Source of the DNA: Candidatus Saccharimonadota bacterium
Lineage (GTDB): Bacteria; Patescibacteriota; Saccharimonadia; Saccharimonadales; VXPC01
Length of the DNA stretch: 64,000 nt
Assembly (NCBI GenBank): GCA_009839685.1
Contig: VXPC01000014.1
Coordinates: 6,928 to 70,927, forward strand
Reading direction: 5' to 3'
How positions within the stretch are numbered: position 1 is the stretch's first letter; every line of letters begins with the position of its first letter. Below are positions 37,112-46,605 of this stretch, one piece after another. Under the pieces are notes generated by a model, which did not search any database, was not told the DNA's origin, and was given only the letters and a program-made list of their open reading frames with translations. The position numbers were made by a program, and so were the translations under genes.

Positions 37112-38137
37112 TCACTTGTATTTGAGGATATCCATCAAGGTGTCGGCGGAGACGTCGTCGGGCGAGCTGTCGACTAGTTGCTCCAGCTCCTTCCTGACCG
37201 CTTCTTCGTCCAAGCCGGTGCCGATGACGACCAAATCGGTTTGCGGCGTCTGCCCCATCTCCCATTCGTCCAGTTTCAAGCTGCAGCGTTTGCCAACCGC
37301 CTGGAAGATGAACTTCTGACCGATTCCCTTCATGCCGAAGAAGATGATGCCTTTAGCTCTGAAGACGGCCGGATCCAGATCGGCCGCCCAAGCCTCGAAC
37401 TTGCGAGGATCAAGTGGCTCCTGGGTGCTTAAGGAGACGGTCTGGAACCTGTCGTGCAGGTGTTCGTGATTGTGCTCATGGTCGTGGTCGTGGTCGTGAT
37501 GATGGCCGGCTTTGAGGTTTAGCTGGGCCGACGGTTTCTCCTCCAAGTCCAGCAGCAGGTGGAAATCAACCCGGCCGTGGCTGGCTTCCAACAGACGCGC
37601 CTTGGGGTTGGCCAGCCGGATCGCCTTGCGGATATCGGCCAGCTTCGGCGCGTCCACCAAATCCACTTTGTTGACGATGACGATGTCGGTGACGGCCAGG
37701 TCGCTGACGGCGTTTTCATTGGTCTGGTTGTTCTTCTCGAAGTTGTCGGCGTCAACGACGCTGACCAAGGCGTCGAAATGGGCGTAATTGTTCTTCAGCA
37801 GGCGCAGCATCGTGGCCAGCTCCCTGGGCTCGGCCAATCCGGAAGCTTCGACGACGATATAGTCCAGCCGGCTGCCCTGATGGGCCAGCTGGCCGATGGC
37901 GTCGTCCAGATTCTCGCCCTCCAGAGTGCAGCAGATGCAGCCGTTGCTCAGCTCCAAAGCCGTGTCCGTTTGGGCCGCCACCAGCATCGAGTCGATGTTG
38001 ACTTCGCCGAAATCGTTGATAATCACGCCTACTTTCAAACCTTCGTCGTTGCCCAGCAAGTGATTAAGCAGGCTGGTTTTGCCGGCGCCCAAAAAGCCGG
38101 TCAGCAGCAGGATGGGGATTGAATTGCGGCGGGGCAT
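37112..38137 (-). CDS. COG0523 / CobW-family G3E metallochaperone GTPase (ZigA/YeiR-like)
   Basis: P-loop LLTGFLGAGKTSLLNHLL, CICCTL motif, His-rich stretch HHHDHDHDHEHNHEHLHD and CobW_C-like C-terminus. Confidence 0.8.
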   Translation of the reverse strand: MPRRNSIPILLLTGFLGAGKTSLLNHLLGNDEGLKVGVIINDFGEVNIDSMLVAAQTDTALELSNGCICCTLEGENLDDAIGQLAHQGSRLDYIVVEASGLAEPRELATMLRLLKNNYAHFDALVSVVDADNFEKNNQTNENAVSDLAVTDIVIVNKVDLVDAPKLADIRKAIRLANPKARLLEASHGRVDFHLLLDLEEKPSAQLNLKAGHHHDHDHDHEHNHEHLHDRFQTVSLSTQEPLDPRKFEAWAADLDPAVFRAKGIIFFGMKGIGQKFIFQAVGKRCSLKLDEWEMGQTPQTDLVVIGTGLDEEAVRKELEQLVDSSPDDVSADTLMDILKYK

Positions 38138-38258
38138 GTCGTCTGGGTGATCTTAAGAGGTTTGGGTATACACGTACCCGTAATGATAACACAGACTGTA
38201 CCGGCAGCTTCCGATCCTCTTGCTGGCAATAACTTGGCGATTATGTTGTAATAAAGAC

Positions 38259-38657
38259 ATGGAACAACTCAACGGACAGTCGGCAGATTTTGAACTGCTG
38301 GAAATTGAAGCGGAAGATATCAGAGTGATGGATATCGAGGTGCCGCTCTTTTACGAACATTCGCCCGAACCGTTTACCGACCTCGGTCTGCGTCTGGTTA
38401 TCTCCGAGGACCGTCCGTCCGTGGATCTGACCCATGCCGATACCGAGGTGTGCATCGTCAAAGAACCGGCTTTTAGATGTTTTGTTCATTATCCGCAGCA
38501 AGACTGCCCGCCCCTTTTCAGCGCCAATGAGGAGCTGGTCGGCATGTTGCTGGAGAAGGAGTTCCCTTTTACGGAGATGAAGCGGCCGCAAGGCTTGGCT
38601 TTTGATCTCTACTGCAAGCTCATAACCTACGGCTTTCTTAAGACGTTTGAGGATTGA
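38259..38657 (+). CDS. hypothetical protein
   Basis: ORF from MEQLNGQ with no known motifs. Confidence 0.4.
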   Translation: MEQLNGQSADFELLEIEAEDIRVMDIEVPLFYEHSPEPFTDLGLRLVISEDRPSVDLTHADTEVCIVKEPAFRCFVHYPQQDCPPLFSANEELVGMLLEKEFPFTEMKRPQGLAFDLYCKLITYGFLKTFED

Positions 38658-38732
38658 AGTGAAGTTTGCCGGGCTCGAGAGCGGTTCCGATTGATATAAT
38701 TGGCCTAGTTCGCAATATCGCGCAGGCAACTA

Positions 38733-39680
38733 ATGAACAGGCTCGCCCCAGATGACTTCAAAGACTACGTTTCAGACCTGAAGATAGACGGTTTGCGCGG
38801 CCGCTATTGGCAAGCGCCGGCTCTGAGCAAGCGGGCGTCAGCGCGTACTCTGGTAGCCGTCTACGGCCACCACTCCTCTCTGGAGCGCAATCTCGGCCTG
38901 GCCCAATACCTGCGCCGTTTCGGCCGGGTTCTCATCCCCGACCTGCCCGGCTTCGGCGGCATGGACAGCTTTTATGAGACCGGCCGGTTGCCGACGCTGG
39001 ACAATTACGCCGACTACTTGAAGGCTTTTTTGGATGCCGAGCTGGATAAGGACAAGCCCGTCGTCCTGGTCGGTTTCAGCCTCGGCTTCCTGATCGCGAC
39101 CCGCTTCCTGCAGCGGCACCCCGCTTACCGCGAGCGGGTTTCATCGGCGGTTTCGGTTGCCGGTTTCGTCAAGCACGACTGCTTGAAGTTCGATCCCGGC
39201 CGGCGGTGTTTCTACTTGACGGTAGCCAACACAGTCAGAACCAAGCTGGGAGCGGCCGTTTTCCGCCGCCTGCTGCTGAACAGGTGGGTGCTGCGGCGGT
39301 TTTACGCCCGGACTTACTCGGCCCGGCACAAATTCGCCGGCCGATCTCCAGCTGACCGGGAGCGGTTCCTGAAAATGGAAGTCGGCTTGTGGCATCTGAA
39401 CGATTCCAGGACCTGGGCCTTCACGGCCAAGGAGATGCTGACCTGCGATTTGACTGGCAAGCGGTTGAAACTGCCCCTTTTCCATCTGGACGTGGCCGGC
39501 GACCAGTTCCTTGACGCGGCCACCAATTTAGCCAATCTGAAAAGGATATATAATAAGGTCGAAGTCTTGAACGTTGAATCGTCGGCGCACGCGCCGAGCG
39601 TGATAGCCTCGGCCGAAGAAATCGAAGCCATCATGCCCGACGACATGGCGGATGTCGTCCGGCGGAGTTTCAAAGGCTGA
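38733..39680 (+). CDS. alpha/beta-hydrolase fold protein
   Basis: VAVYGHHSS (oxyanion region), nucleophile elbow VGFSLGF (GxSxG), PDLPGFGG. Confidence 0.7.
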   Translation: MNRLAPDDFKDYVSDLKIDGLRGRYWQAPALSKRASARTLVAVYGHHSSLERNLGLAQYLRRFGRVLIPDLPGFGGMDSFYETGRLPTLDNYADYLKAFLDAELDKDKPVVLVGFSLGFLIATRFLQRHPAYRERVSSAVSVAGFVKHDCLKFDPGRRCFYLTVANTVRTKLGAAVFRRLLLNRWVLRRFYARTYSARHKFAGRSPADRERFLKMEVGLWHLNDSRTWAFTAKEMLTCDLTGKRLKLPLFHLDVAGDQFLDAATNLANLKRIYNKVEVLNVESSAHAPSVIASAEEIEAIMPDDMADVVRRSFKG

Positions 39681-39692
39681 CAGGCAGACCTC

Positions 39693-40841
39693 ATGAAGAT
39701 CGGTATCGTCTCCCCTTACTATATGCATGCCTTCGGCGGCGTGCAGACCTTGATCAAGCACCTCCAGCGCCTGTTGGCGGAGCGCGGCCATGAGGTGCTG
39801 ATTATCGCGCCCAAGCCGCGGTTGGAGACCTCGATGGAAAAAACGCCCGACGGCGTCGTCCTGCTCGGCGTCAGTGCCGAGGTCAATTTCAAGAATCCTT
39901 TCCATACGACCTTTCCGCTGGCCGCATCCAGCCGCCGGCTGGTGGCCGACTTCCTCAAGGACTACGAATTCGACGTCCTCAATATCCACGAACCTTGGAT
40001 GCCGCTTCTGCCCTACCAGATCCTTCAGGAGGCGACCTGCCCGATCGTCGGCACCACCCACGCCCGCTGGCCCCGGTCATGGTTCAACAAGTCGCTGGAA
40101 AAAGTCCGCACGCCTTATTTCCGGCTTGTCCTAAACAAGCTCGACAAGATTACGGCCGTCTCCAGCGTGGCGGCCAAGAACGTCAACTTCGTCGACAAGA
40201 GCCTGGAGGTGCAGATCATTCCCAACGCCATTGACAGAGAGGTATTCGGCCAGCGGATTGACGGGCTGCGCCAGCCGGAACACGAACCCTATATCCTCTA
40301 TTTAAACCGCCTGGAAAGACGCAAGGGCCCCCTATTGCTGCTCAAGGCTTACCGCGAATACGTCAGCCGGACCAAGCAACGGCCCTTGCCGCTGGTGATG
40401 GCCGGCGCCGGCCCGCAGGCCGACAGCTTGTATAACTATGTTGTTCGGTATGGTCTCGACAGCCTTGTCAGCTTCGAAGGCTTCGTCAGCGACCAACGCA
40501 AGATGGAGCTTTTTGCCAATGCCCACCTCTACGTTTCCCCGGCCCCCTTCGGCGAGAGTTTCGGTATCGTCCTGTTGGAGTCGATGGCGGCCGGCCTGCC
40601 GATCCTAGCTGGTAACAACGAAGGTTACAAAACCGTTTTAACCGGCGCGGGAGCCGATTCCTTGATCAATCCCAGAGAGCCGGAGGGTTTCGCCGCCGCC
40701 ATGGACAAGTTCTGCAACGACGATGAGCTGAGGGCCGACTGGATCAACTGGGCCGGCGGGGAGATCGGCCGCTACGACTACCCCCTGATCGTCGACCAGT
40801 ACGAAGAGTGTTTCAAGATGGTTGCCGGCAAACTGGTCTAA
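39693..40841 (+). CDS. GT4-family glycosyltransferase (PimA/MgtA-like)
   Basis: MKIGIVSPYYMHAFGGVQ... and the GT4 E-x7-E region ESFGIVLLESMAAGLPI. Confidence 0.8.
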   Translation: MKIGIVSPYYMHAFGGVQTLIKHLQRLLAERGHEVLIIAPKPRLETSMEKTPDGVVLLGVSAEVNFKNPFHTTFPLAASSRRLVADFLKDYEFDVLNIHEPWMPLLPYQILQEATCPIVGTTHARWPRSWFNKSLEKVRTPYFRLVLNKLDKITAVSSVAAKNVNFVDKSLEVQIIPNAIDREVFGQRIDGLRQPEHEPYILYLNRLERRKGPLLLLKAYREYVSRTKQRPLPLVMAGAGPQADSLYNYVVRYGLDSLVSFEGFVSDQRKMELFANAHLYVSPAPFGESFGIVLLESMAAGLPILAGNNEGYKTVLTGAGADSLINPREPEGFAAAMDKFCNDDELRADWINWAGGEIGRYDYPLIVDQYEECFKMVAGKLV

Positions 40842-40914
40842 CGCCGTCTTCCGGACGGGTTGTTGTGATATAATCGCTCCTAAGTAGAGGCAGTTTTAAG
40901 GGCTTAGATATCGA

Positions 40915-42057
40915 ATGCTTAACCACGACCCTTCGGATAAACCCAAAGTAAATCTGGAGGTCTCCGCCGGCACGGCTTTCAAGGTGACCGGCGTCGTCTT
41001 GCTGATGATTCTAAGCATGGAATTCGGAGGCAGCATCTTCACGATCATCTTGCTGTTCTTGGCAGCCCTGTTCTTGGCCGTGGCCCTCAACCCGGCCGTC
41101 GGCCGCATCAGCGAGGCTTTGAAGATCAAGCGGCGGGGGTTGGCGACGGGCATCGCTTTCGCCCTAGTCATGGCTATTTTGACCAGTTTTCTGACCGTTA
41201 CCATCGTGCCGTTAGTTAATCACGTCAGAGATTTTGCCGGCGGCAGCGTAGACGACGAAGGGAGCCTTATCTCCAGAGTCGAGACCTTCCAGGAACAGGA
41301 CAATTTCGTTTCCAGATTGGCTGACCGTTATGAAATTGACGAACGGCTGTCTGAGCTGGCAAACGAGGTGTCCACCCGACTGGGTGAAAATACCGACAGC
41401 ATAGTCGATATTTTTGTCAAATCGCTGTCGGCCGTGGGCAGCTTCATAGCCGTCATGATTATGGCTTTCCTGATTCTGGTTGAGGGTCCGGCTTTTATCA
41501 AGCAGATCAGAGTGCTGCTGCCGAAGGAGAGAGCCCGCAAGTGGCACCGATTAGGCAAGGAAATGAGCCGGGTGATCACAGGATACATCAACGGCCAGCT
41601 TATCATTGCCGTAATCGCCGGGCTGTTCGCCATGTTGTTCATGACTATTTTCGGGGTACCCAACGCCTTGGCGATGGCCGGCATCGTAACCTTCTTTGCC
41701 CTAGTCCCCTTGTTCGGCGCTCTGGTCGGCTCGGCAATCGTTGTCATCCTGACCCTGTTGGTCAATGTCAATTTGGCGCTGCTGCTGGTGGCCTACTTCT
41801 TTATCTATCAGCAAGTCGAGAACGCTACCATCCAGCCCTGGATTCAAGGCCAGCAGACCAATTTGAGCACCCTGCAGGTTTTCTTGGCCGCCCTGGTCGG
41901 CGTCCAGGTAGCGGGCGTGTTCGGCGTGTTACTGTCCGTGCCGCTGGCAGCTTGCCTGAAGATCGTCATTGTCGACTACTTGAAGACCCATAAAGACTAC
42001 ATAGAGAAGAAATACCTGTCCGTGTCAGCTTCCAAGAAACGCGACGCGGCCAAGTGA
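40915..42057 (+). CDS. AI-2E family transporter (PerM/YhhT-like)
   Basis: 8-TM protein with the family's conserved C-terminal region FFIYQQVENATIQPWIQGQ...VFLAALVG. Confidence 0.75.
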   Translation: MLNHDPSDKPKVNLEVSAGTAFKVTGVVLLMILSMEFGGSIFTIILLFLAALFLAVALNPAVGRISEALKIKRRGLATGIAFALVMAILTSFLTVTIVPLVNHVRDFAGGSVDDEGSLISRVETFQEQDNFVSRLADRYEIDERLSELANEVSTRLGENTDSIVDIFVKSLSAVGSFIAVMIMAFLILVEGPAFIKQIRVLLPKERARKWHRLGKEMSRVITGYINGQLIIAVIAGLFAMLFMTIFGVPNALAMAGIVTFFALVPLFGALVGSAIVVILTLLVNVNLALLLVAYFFIYQQVENATIQPWIQGQQTNLSTLQVFLAALVGVQVAGVFGVLLSVPLAACLKIVIVDYLKTHKDYIEKKYLSVSASKKRDAAK

Positions 42058-42061
42058 GATC

Positions 42062-43468
42062 CTAACTTGGCCGCCAGATTTGTCCGTAGTCGGTGTCCAA
42101 GACTTTAATGCCACCAGCTGAAAGCTCTTCCCTTAGTCGGTCGCCGAGGTTGAAGTCCCCGACCTCTCTAGCCGCGGCACGCTTGTCAAGCAACTCTCTT
42201 TGCTCAGGCCGCAGATCCGCCAGTTCGCTAAGCTTCAGGCCGAATATTTCATCCACCTCCCTTATGAATGCCTCCAAGTGAGGCTTAACGGCATCCGGCA
42301 TTTTTTCAGCAGCCAAACCTTGAGCAACTTCGTCCAGTTTTTCCAAGGCTTTGGGGCTGTTCAGATCGTCGGCCAGCTCGCGCCCGACCTCTTCCAAGGT
42401 TGTTTGCAGCCTGGAAGCCAGTACGTCCGCCTCGCCGGCGCCTTGTAGCTGGTAACGCCTGGCCGACAATGCCTGCAACCGGCTTAACCGCCGGTCGGCG
42501 GCTTCCATCATATCCCAGTTGAAATCGGCTAAACTGCGATAGCGCACGCTGAAGACCGCCAAGCGCAACACCCGCAGGTCGTAACCCTTGGCCTCAATAT
42601 CTTCAAGGGTATAAAAATTATTCAGGCTCTTGGACATCTTCTCGCCATTGACCGTAATGAAGTCGCTGTGCAGCCAAATCTTGGCTAGCGGCCGGTCGTA
42701 AGCGGCTTCGCTCTGCGCCAGCTCATTGGTGTGGTGAACGGGTATATGGTCGATGCCGCCGGCATGAATATTGATCGGCTGGCCCAAATAGTGCCGGCAC
42801 ATGGCCGAGCATTCCAGATGCCAACCCGGGAAACCCTTGCCCCACGGCGAATCCCATTCCATGTCGCGCACCTGGTTGGCGGGAGTCAGTTTCCACAAGG
42901 CAAAGTCCGTCGCGTTCCGCTTTTGCGGGTTAAACTCGACTCTGGCGCCCGCTTGAACACCTTCTTTGTCCAGCTTGGCCAATTTGCCGTAATCGGCCAA
43001 TTTGGCCGTATCGTAGTAAACGCCGTCGTCAATCAGGTAGGTGAAACCCTTCTTTTCCAACTCCTCTATCAAGGAGATCTGCTGCTCTATGTGCTGACTG
43101 GCTTTGGGCAGATGGTCAGGCGCGGTGAAATTCAGCCTCTTCAGGGCCTCGAGAAAGTAGGAGGTGTAAAAATCCGCTACTTCGTAAGCCGTTTTGCGCT
43201 CGCTCCTAGCTTTCTTGGCCAGCTTGTCTTCCCCTTCGTCGCCGTCGCTGACCAAATGCCCGACGTCCGTGATATTCATGACCCAAACCGGTTTGAAGCC
43301 ATCGGCCCGCAAGGTTCGGATCAGCAAATCCCAGCGCAGGAAAGCGTACCAATTGCCTAAGTGGGGGTAATCGTAGACGGTCGGCCCGCAAGAATAAACG
43401 CTCACAACCCCGCTATCGTCGGCCGTGACGGGCTGCAACTGCCGGCTCAAGGTATCACGCAGCTTCAC
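42062..43468 (-). CDS. cysS: cysteinyl-tRNA synthetase
   Basis: CGPTVYDYPHLGN (HIGH variant), zinc-site C and H, KMSKSLNN. Confidence 0.9.
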   Translation of the reverse strand: MKLRDTLSRQLQPVTADDSGVVSVYSCGPTVYDYPHLGNWYAFLRWDLLIRTLRADGFKPVWVMNITDVGHLVSDGDEGEDKLAKKARSERKTAYEVADFYTSYFLEALKRLNFTAPDHLPKASQHIEQQISLIEELEKKGFTYLIDDGVYYDTAKLADYGKLAKLDKEGVQAGARVEFNPQKRNATDFALWKLTPANQVRDMEWDSPWGKGFPGWHLECSAMCRHYLGQPINIHAGGIDHIPVHHTNELAQSEAAYDRPLAKIWLHSDFITVNGEKMSKSLNNFYTLEDIEAKGYDLRVLRLAVFSVRYRSLADFNWDMMEAADRRLSRLQALSARRYQLQGAGEADVLASRLQTTLEEVGRELADDLNSPKALEKLDEVAQGLAAEKMPDAVKPHLEAFIREVDEIFGLKLSELADLRPEQRELLDKRAAAREVGDFNLGDRLREELSAGGIKVLDTDYGQIWRPS

Positions 43469-44519
43469 TTCCCGCCTCCTCGGCCAGCAACTCTTCGGCC
43501 GTCCTTAAGACGTCGGCTTCTATCTGGGCGAAATCCAAACCCTCGGCTTCCCACTTAGCGCCGGCCGCGTAGGGGTGGCCGCCGCCGCCGAAGGTTTCGG
43601 CCAGATTTTTGGCTACTTGGCAGCCGCGGTAGCACCTGATGCGCAGGGTGACGCGGAAGAGCCGGCCGAGTTGATCCTCGTATTTCTTAAAGCCCAGGCT
43701 CAACCTGACGTTTTCGACCGCCTTCATCTCATCCAAGACGATGGTCGGATTGAACAGGGTGCCGGTCTGCTTGATTTCCTCGTACTCAATCGCCAAAACC
43801 GCTATCTGCTCGCTCCCATGAAACCTGATTCTCTGCAGCAATTCGCCCCGGTAAGCCAGCAATTTGACGGGCAGTTCCTGCCACTTGAGCCTTCTTTGGG
43901 CTAAACTGCTCAGGTTTACGCCCAAATCGACCAGGTCGGCGACCGCCCTTAGGGGTTCAGAGTTGCCGACCATGACCTGGCTGGTAAATCCCAAGCTGTC
44001 GCTCAGAATACTGGCTGTCAGGAAAGTAGCGGCGGTTTCATTAAGCGGCCAACCCAAGTGTTTGGCGGCGGCAAGGATTAACTGCCCGGTAGCGGCCATC
44101 TCCGGCCGGTTCAACCTCAGTGTCGCGAAATCAATGTCGGTGTCCGAAGCGTGATGATCTAAAATAACGAACGGCTTGAGTTTGAGTCTCTCCATGATCG
44201 CCGGCCGGTCCTCTTCGGCGCCTAACAGGTTGCTGACGCTGTTATCAACCATGACGGCCAGCTCGAAACCGCCGTTTAGGTCGGTGTTGAATCTTTCCCA
44301 GCCGGTCAGGAAGCGCAGATAGGTCGGAATCTCGGTCCGGCAATACAAAAACACCTCTTTGCCCATATTCGACCAGATTTCCTCCAAGGCTAGGGCCGAG
44401 CCGAGGCTGTCAGCATCCGGGTTGTTGGCGACGATAACGGTAACCTTGCCGGCTTGATCCAGCAGCGACCCCAACTGGTCAAACAGCGCTGTCAACCCCG
44501 AGTGTTCCGAATCGTTCAA
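43455..44519 (-). CDS. DHH/DHHA1 phosphoesterase (NrnA-like oligoribonuclease/pAp phosphatase)
   Basis: VIVANNPDADSLGSALAL...ILDHHASD (DHH motif) and DHHA1 GGGHPYAAG. Confidence 0.75.
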   Translation of the reverse strand: MNDSEHSGLTALFDQLGSLLDQAGKVTVIVANNPDADSLGSALALEEIWSNMGKEVFLYCRTEIPTYLRFLTGWERFNTDLNGGFELAVMVDNSVSNLLGAEEDRPAIMERLKLKPFVILDHHASDTDIDFATLRLNRPEMAATGQLILAAAKHLGWPLNETAATFLTASILSDSLGFTSQVMVGNSEPLRAVADLVDLGVNLSSLAQRRLKWQELPVKLLAYRGELLQRIRFHGSEQIAVLAIEYEEIKQTGTLFNPTIVLDEMKAVENVRLSLGFKKYEDQLGRLFRVTLRIRCYRGCQVAKNLAETFGGGGHPYAAGAKWEAEGLDFAQIEADVLRTAEELLAEEAGSEAA

Positions 44520-44541
44520 AGTTCTTCCTTTCTCGAAGGAA

Positions 44542-44835
44542 TCAGAGGCCCAAGTTGCCCAACTGGCCCATGAAGGGCTTCATCGTCTCGGCCGCCAGTT
44601 TCTGGCTCTGGGCGATGGCCTCCTTCATGGCTTCCGCCAGCCACTCCTCCAGCTCGCCGACATTCTCCAAATCGACCCGGTCGGGGTCGATATGGACTTT
44701 CTTCACTTTCTGCTCGCCGGTGATCTCAATGACGACGGCGCCTCCGCCGCCCTCAACCTCCAAGGTTTCTTTCTTAAGCTGTTTTTGGGCTTTGCGGACC
44801 TGCAAAAGCAGTTTGGCTTGATCGAATCTGTTCAT
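44542..44835 (-). CDS. ybaB: nucleoid-associated protein YbaB/EbfC
   Basis: MNRFDQAKLLLQVRKAQKQLKK...GGGAVVIEITGEQKV...MKPFMGQ. Confidence 0.8.
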   Translation of the reverse strand: MNRFDQAKLLLQVRKAQKQLKKETLEVEGGGGAVVIEITGEQKVKKVHIDPDRVDLENVGELEEWLAEAMKEAIAQSQKLAAETMKPFMGQLGNLGL

Positions 44836-44952
44836 GGCTACCATCTTAACAGGCTTGGAGTCTTTTTGCGACCCTGCTTGTTCAAGGCGAACTGCGAATC
44901 CAGGCCTTTATTTTCGTTTGAGTGAAATAAACTCAACCAGCGTACCCTAGGG

Positions 44953-46539
44953 TCAGAATTGCCAAGAAGCATAGCCCCACTGGCCGTCCAGCCCCAAGGC
45001 TCGCACGCAGATGGTATCGTAGGACTCCCCAATGGTCCAGAAGTAACTTTGTCCGGCTACTGTTTTAGCTGAAAGCTCTACAAACGCCAAACTGTTGCAA
45101 CCGTAGCGCTGAGACATATGTGGCGTCAGGTAGAGGTACTCAAAGTAGGTTATCTCCGAATCAGCCCTGATCTGCACGTGTTCAGTGTCGACCGTAAAAC
45201 CTTCTACGGTGCTGATGCTAACCACCGGCGGCAACAGTTCGGGCGACTTAGGCGTGCCGGTTTTTTCAACCAGTTTGTAGTAATAATTGCCCAACTGGTC
45301 AATGGCACGAACGCAGTAATCACGTCCGGCTAAGTAGTCTTCCTGCACACGATATCCGGGCATGTAAATAGCGGGCGGTATCCCTCCTGCCCACAGATAT
45401 CCTTGAACCCAGAAGGGGTTATCGTCGAAGTCCCCCGCCCTGGCCCTGTAATTGCGACTGCTGGGGGGCGCCTTGCCGATATCATAGTATTCTGCGACCG
45501 AGCAATCCGCGGAATCTCCCGGCTCTGCTTCAGGCAGAACAGCGATAGTCCAGTCAACGTAACCGGAAACGTTCAGCAGTCGAAAGTGAGCCGTTGTGGT
45601 GCCGTCGGTCCCGCGATCTGAAAAAATATGCTGCGATTTGACGTAAACTATCGGTCCGCGATTGGGTCTGACCTGCACGTAGGTCTGATTGCCGTCGGCA
45701 TCGGTGGCTTCAAAGCAGTAGATGAAATCAACAAACTGGTCCGAGCTGTTCGGATTATCGTTTTCACGCACGATTATGATAGGCACCCGGCCACCCGTCG
45801 TTATCTCTTCAAATTGCAATGGTTCAGTTACATACTCATCGCCTTCGTAGTAGCTGGCTATGTAATTGCCCTTGAACATCTGTTCGCAGGCGGTGCCGGC
45901 TTGCAACCACGGGTACGACGGCTCCGCGAAGACGGACGTCCTAGTCATTGCAGCTCTGACGCGCCCCACGCGGTAGCTAACGCTTTCGCTTGCGGACGCT
46001 TGCAGGTACGGACTCTTGAAAGCGGCTACTCTTTTAACCGAAACAACCGGATTACCCGTGTCAATATCGTGCAGTATGTGCCTGACCCTGTCGCCGGATC
46101 TGGCCTCGAAACAAATCCACTTGTTGCGATAGGCTGCCTGCGCGTCTGGCGACTGGGGCAGCTCCCGCACTCTGGATTTCCTTATTTCCGGATGATTCGG
46201 CGCGTAGCCTTTGAAGGTATTCTCATCGCAGTTTTCACCCACGTCGACAATCTTATGCTTCCAGTAGATGCGGTTGTGCGTCCACGGGAAAGTGTTTCTC
46301 TCCAACGTGTCGGCGACAATAGTTAAATCTCTCTGCCGCGTAATAAGCTCGAACAGGTTTTCCGTGAAGGTCAGTTCCGGATCCTCGTGACTGCTGCCGT
46401 AAGCCACCAAGCCGAAACCGATCATCGCGAGCAGGCTGGCTGCGGTGATAGCTACCAACCGAGCCATCTTGTCAGGCAGCTTTTTAACGGCTTTTGCGTT
46501 TCTGGAATCAAGCTTGTTGTTAGTCTTCGGCAAAGCCAT
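44953..46539 (-). CDS. hypothetical secreted/membrane-anchored protein (528 aa)
   Basis: N-terminal signal-anchor LVAITAASLLAMIGFGLVAYG. Large extracytoplasmic domain with several Cys. Confidence 0.55.
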   Translation of the reverse strand: MALPKTNNKLDSRNAKAVKKLPDKMARLVAITAASLLAMIGFGLVAYGSSHEDPELTFTENLFELITRQRDLTIVADTLERNTFPWTHNRIYWKHKIVDVGENCDENTFKGYAPNHPEIRKSRVRELPQSPDAQAAYRNKWICFEARSGDRVRHILHDIDTGNPVVSVKRVAAFKSPYLQASASESVSYRVGRVRAAMTRTSVFAEPSYPWLQAGTACEQMFKGNYIASYYEGDEYVTEPLQFEEITTGGRVPIIIVRENDNPNSSDQFVDFIYCFEATDADGNQTYVQVRPNRGPIVYVKSQHIFSDRGTDGTTTAHFRLLNVSGYVDWTIAVLPEAEPGDSADCSVAEYYDIGKAPPSSRNYRARAGDFDDNPFWVQGYLWAGGIPPAIYMPGYRVQEDYLAGRDYCVRAIDQLGNYYYKLVEKTGTPKSPELLPPVVSISTVEGFTVDTEHVQIRADSEITYFEYLYLTPHMSQRYGCNSLAFVELSAKTVAGQSYFWTIGESYDTICVRALGLDGQWGYASWQF

Positions 46540-46583
46540 GCTCCAAATCTCTCATATCACCTCAAATTATACATAAAAAAAGA

Positions 46584-46593
46584 GGGGGGGGGG
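46584..46593. repeat. G10 (C10 on the minus strand) homopolymeric tract in the promoter region of 44953..46539
   Basis: aaaaaaagaggggggggggc read directly. The minus-strand -10 tataat (46566..46571) is about 17 nt from the tract, so the tract occupies the -35/spacer position. Confidence 0.7.
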
Positions 46594-46605
46594 CAATAAC
46601 CGGCC

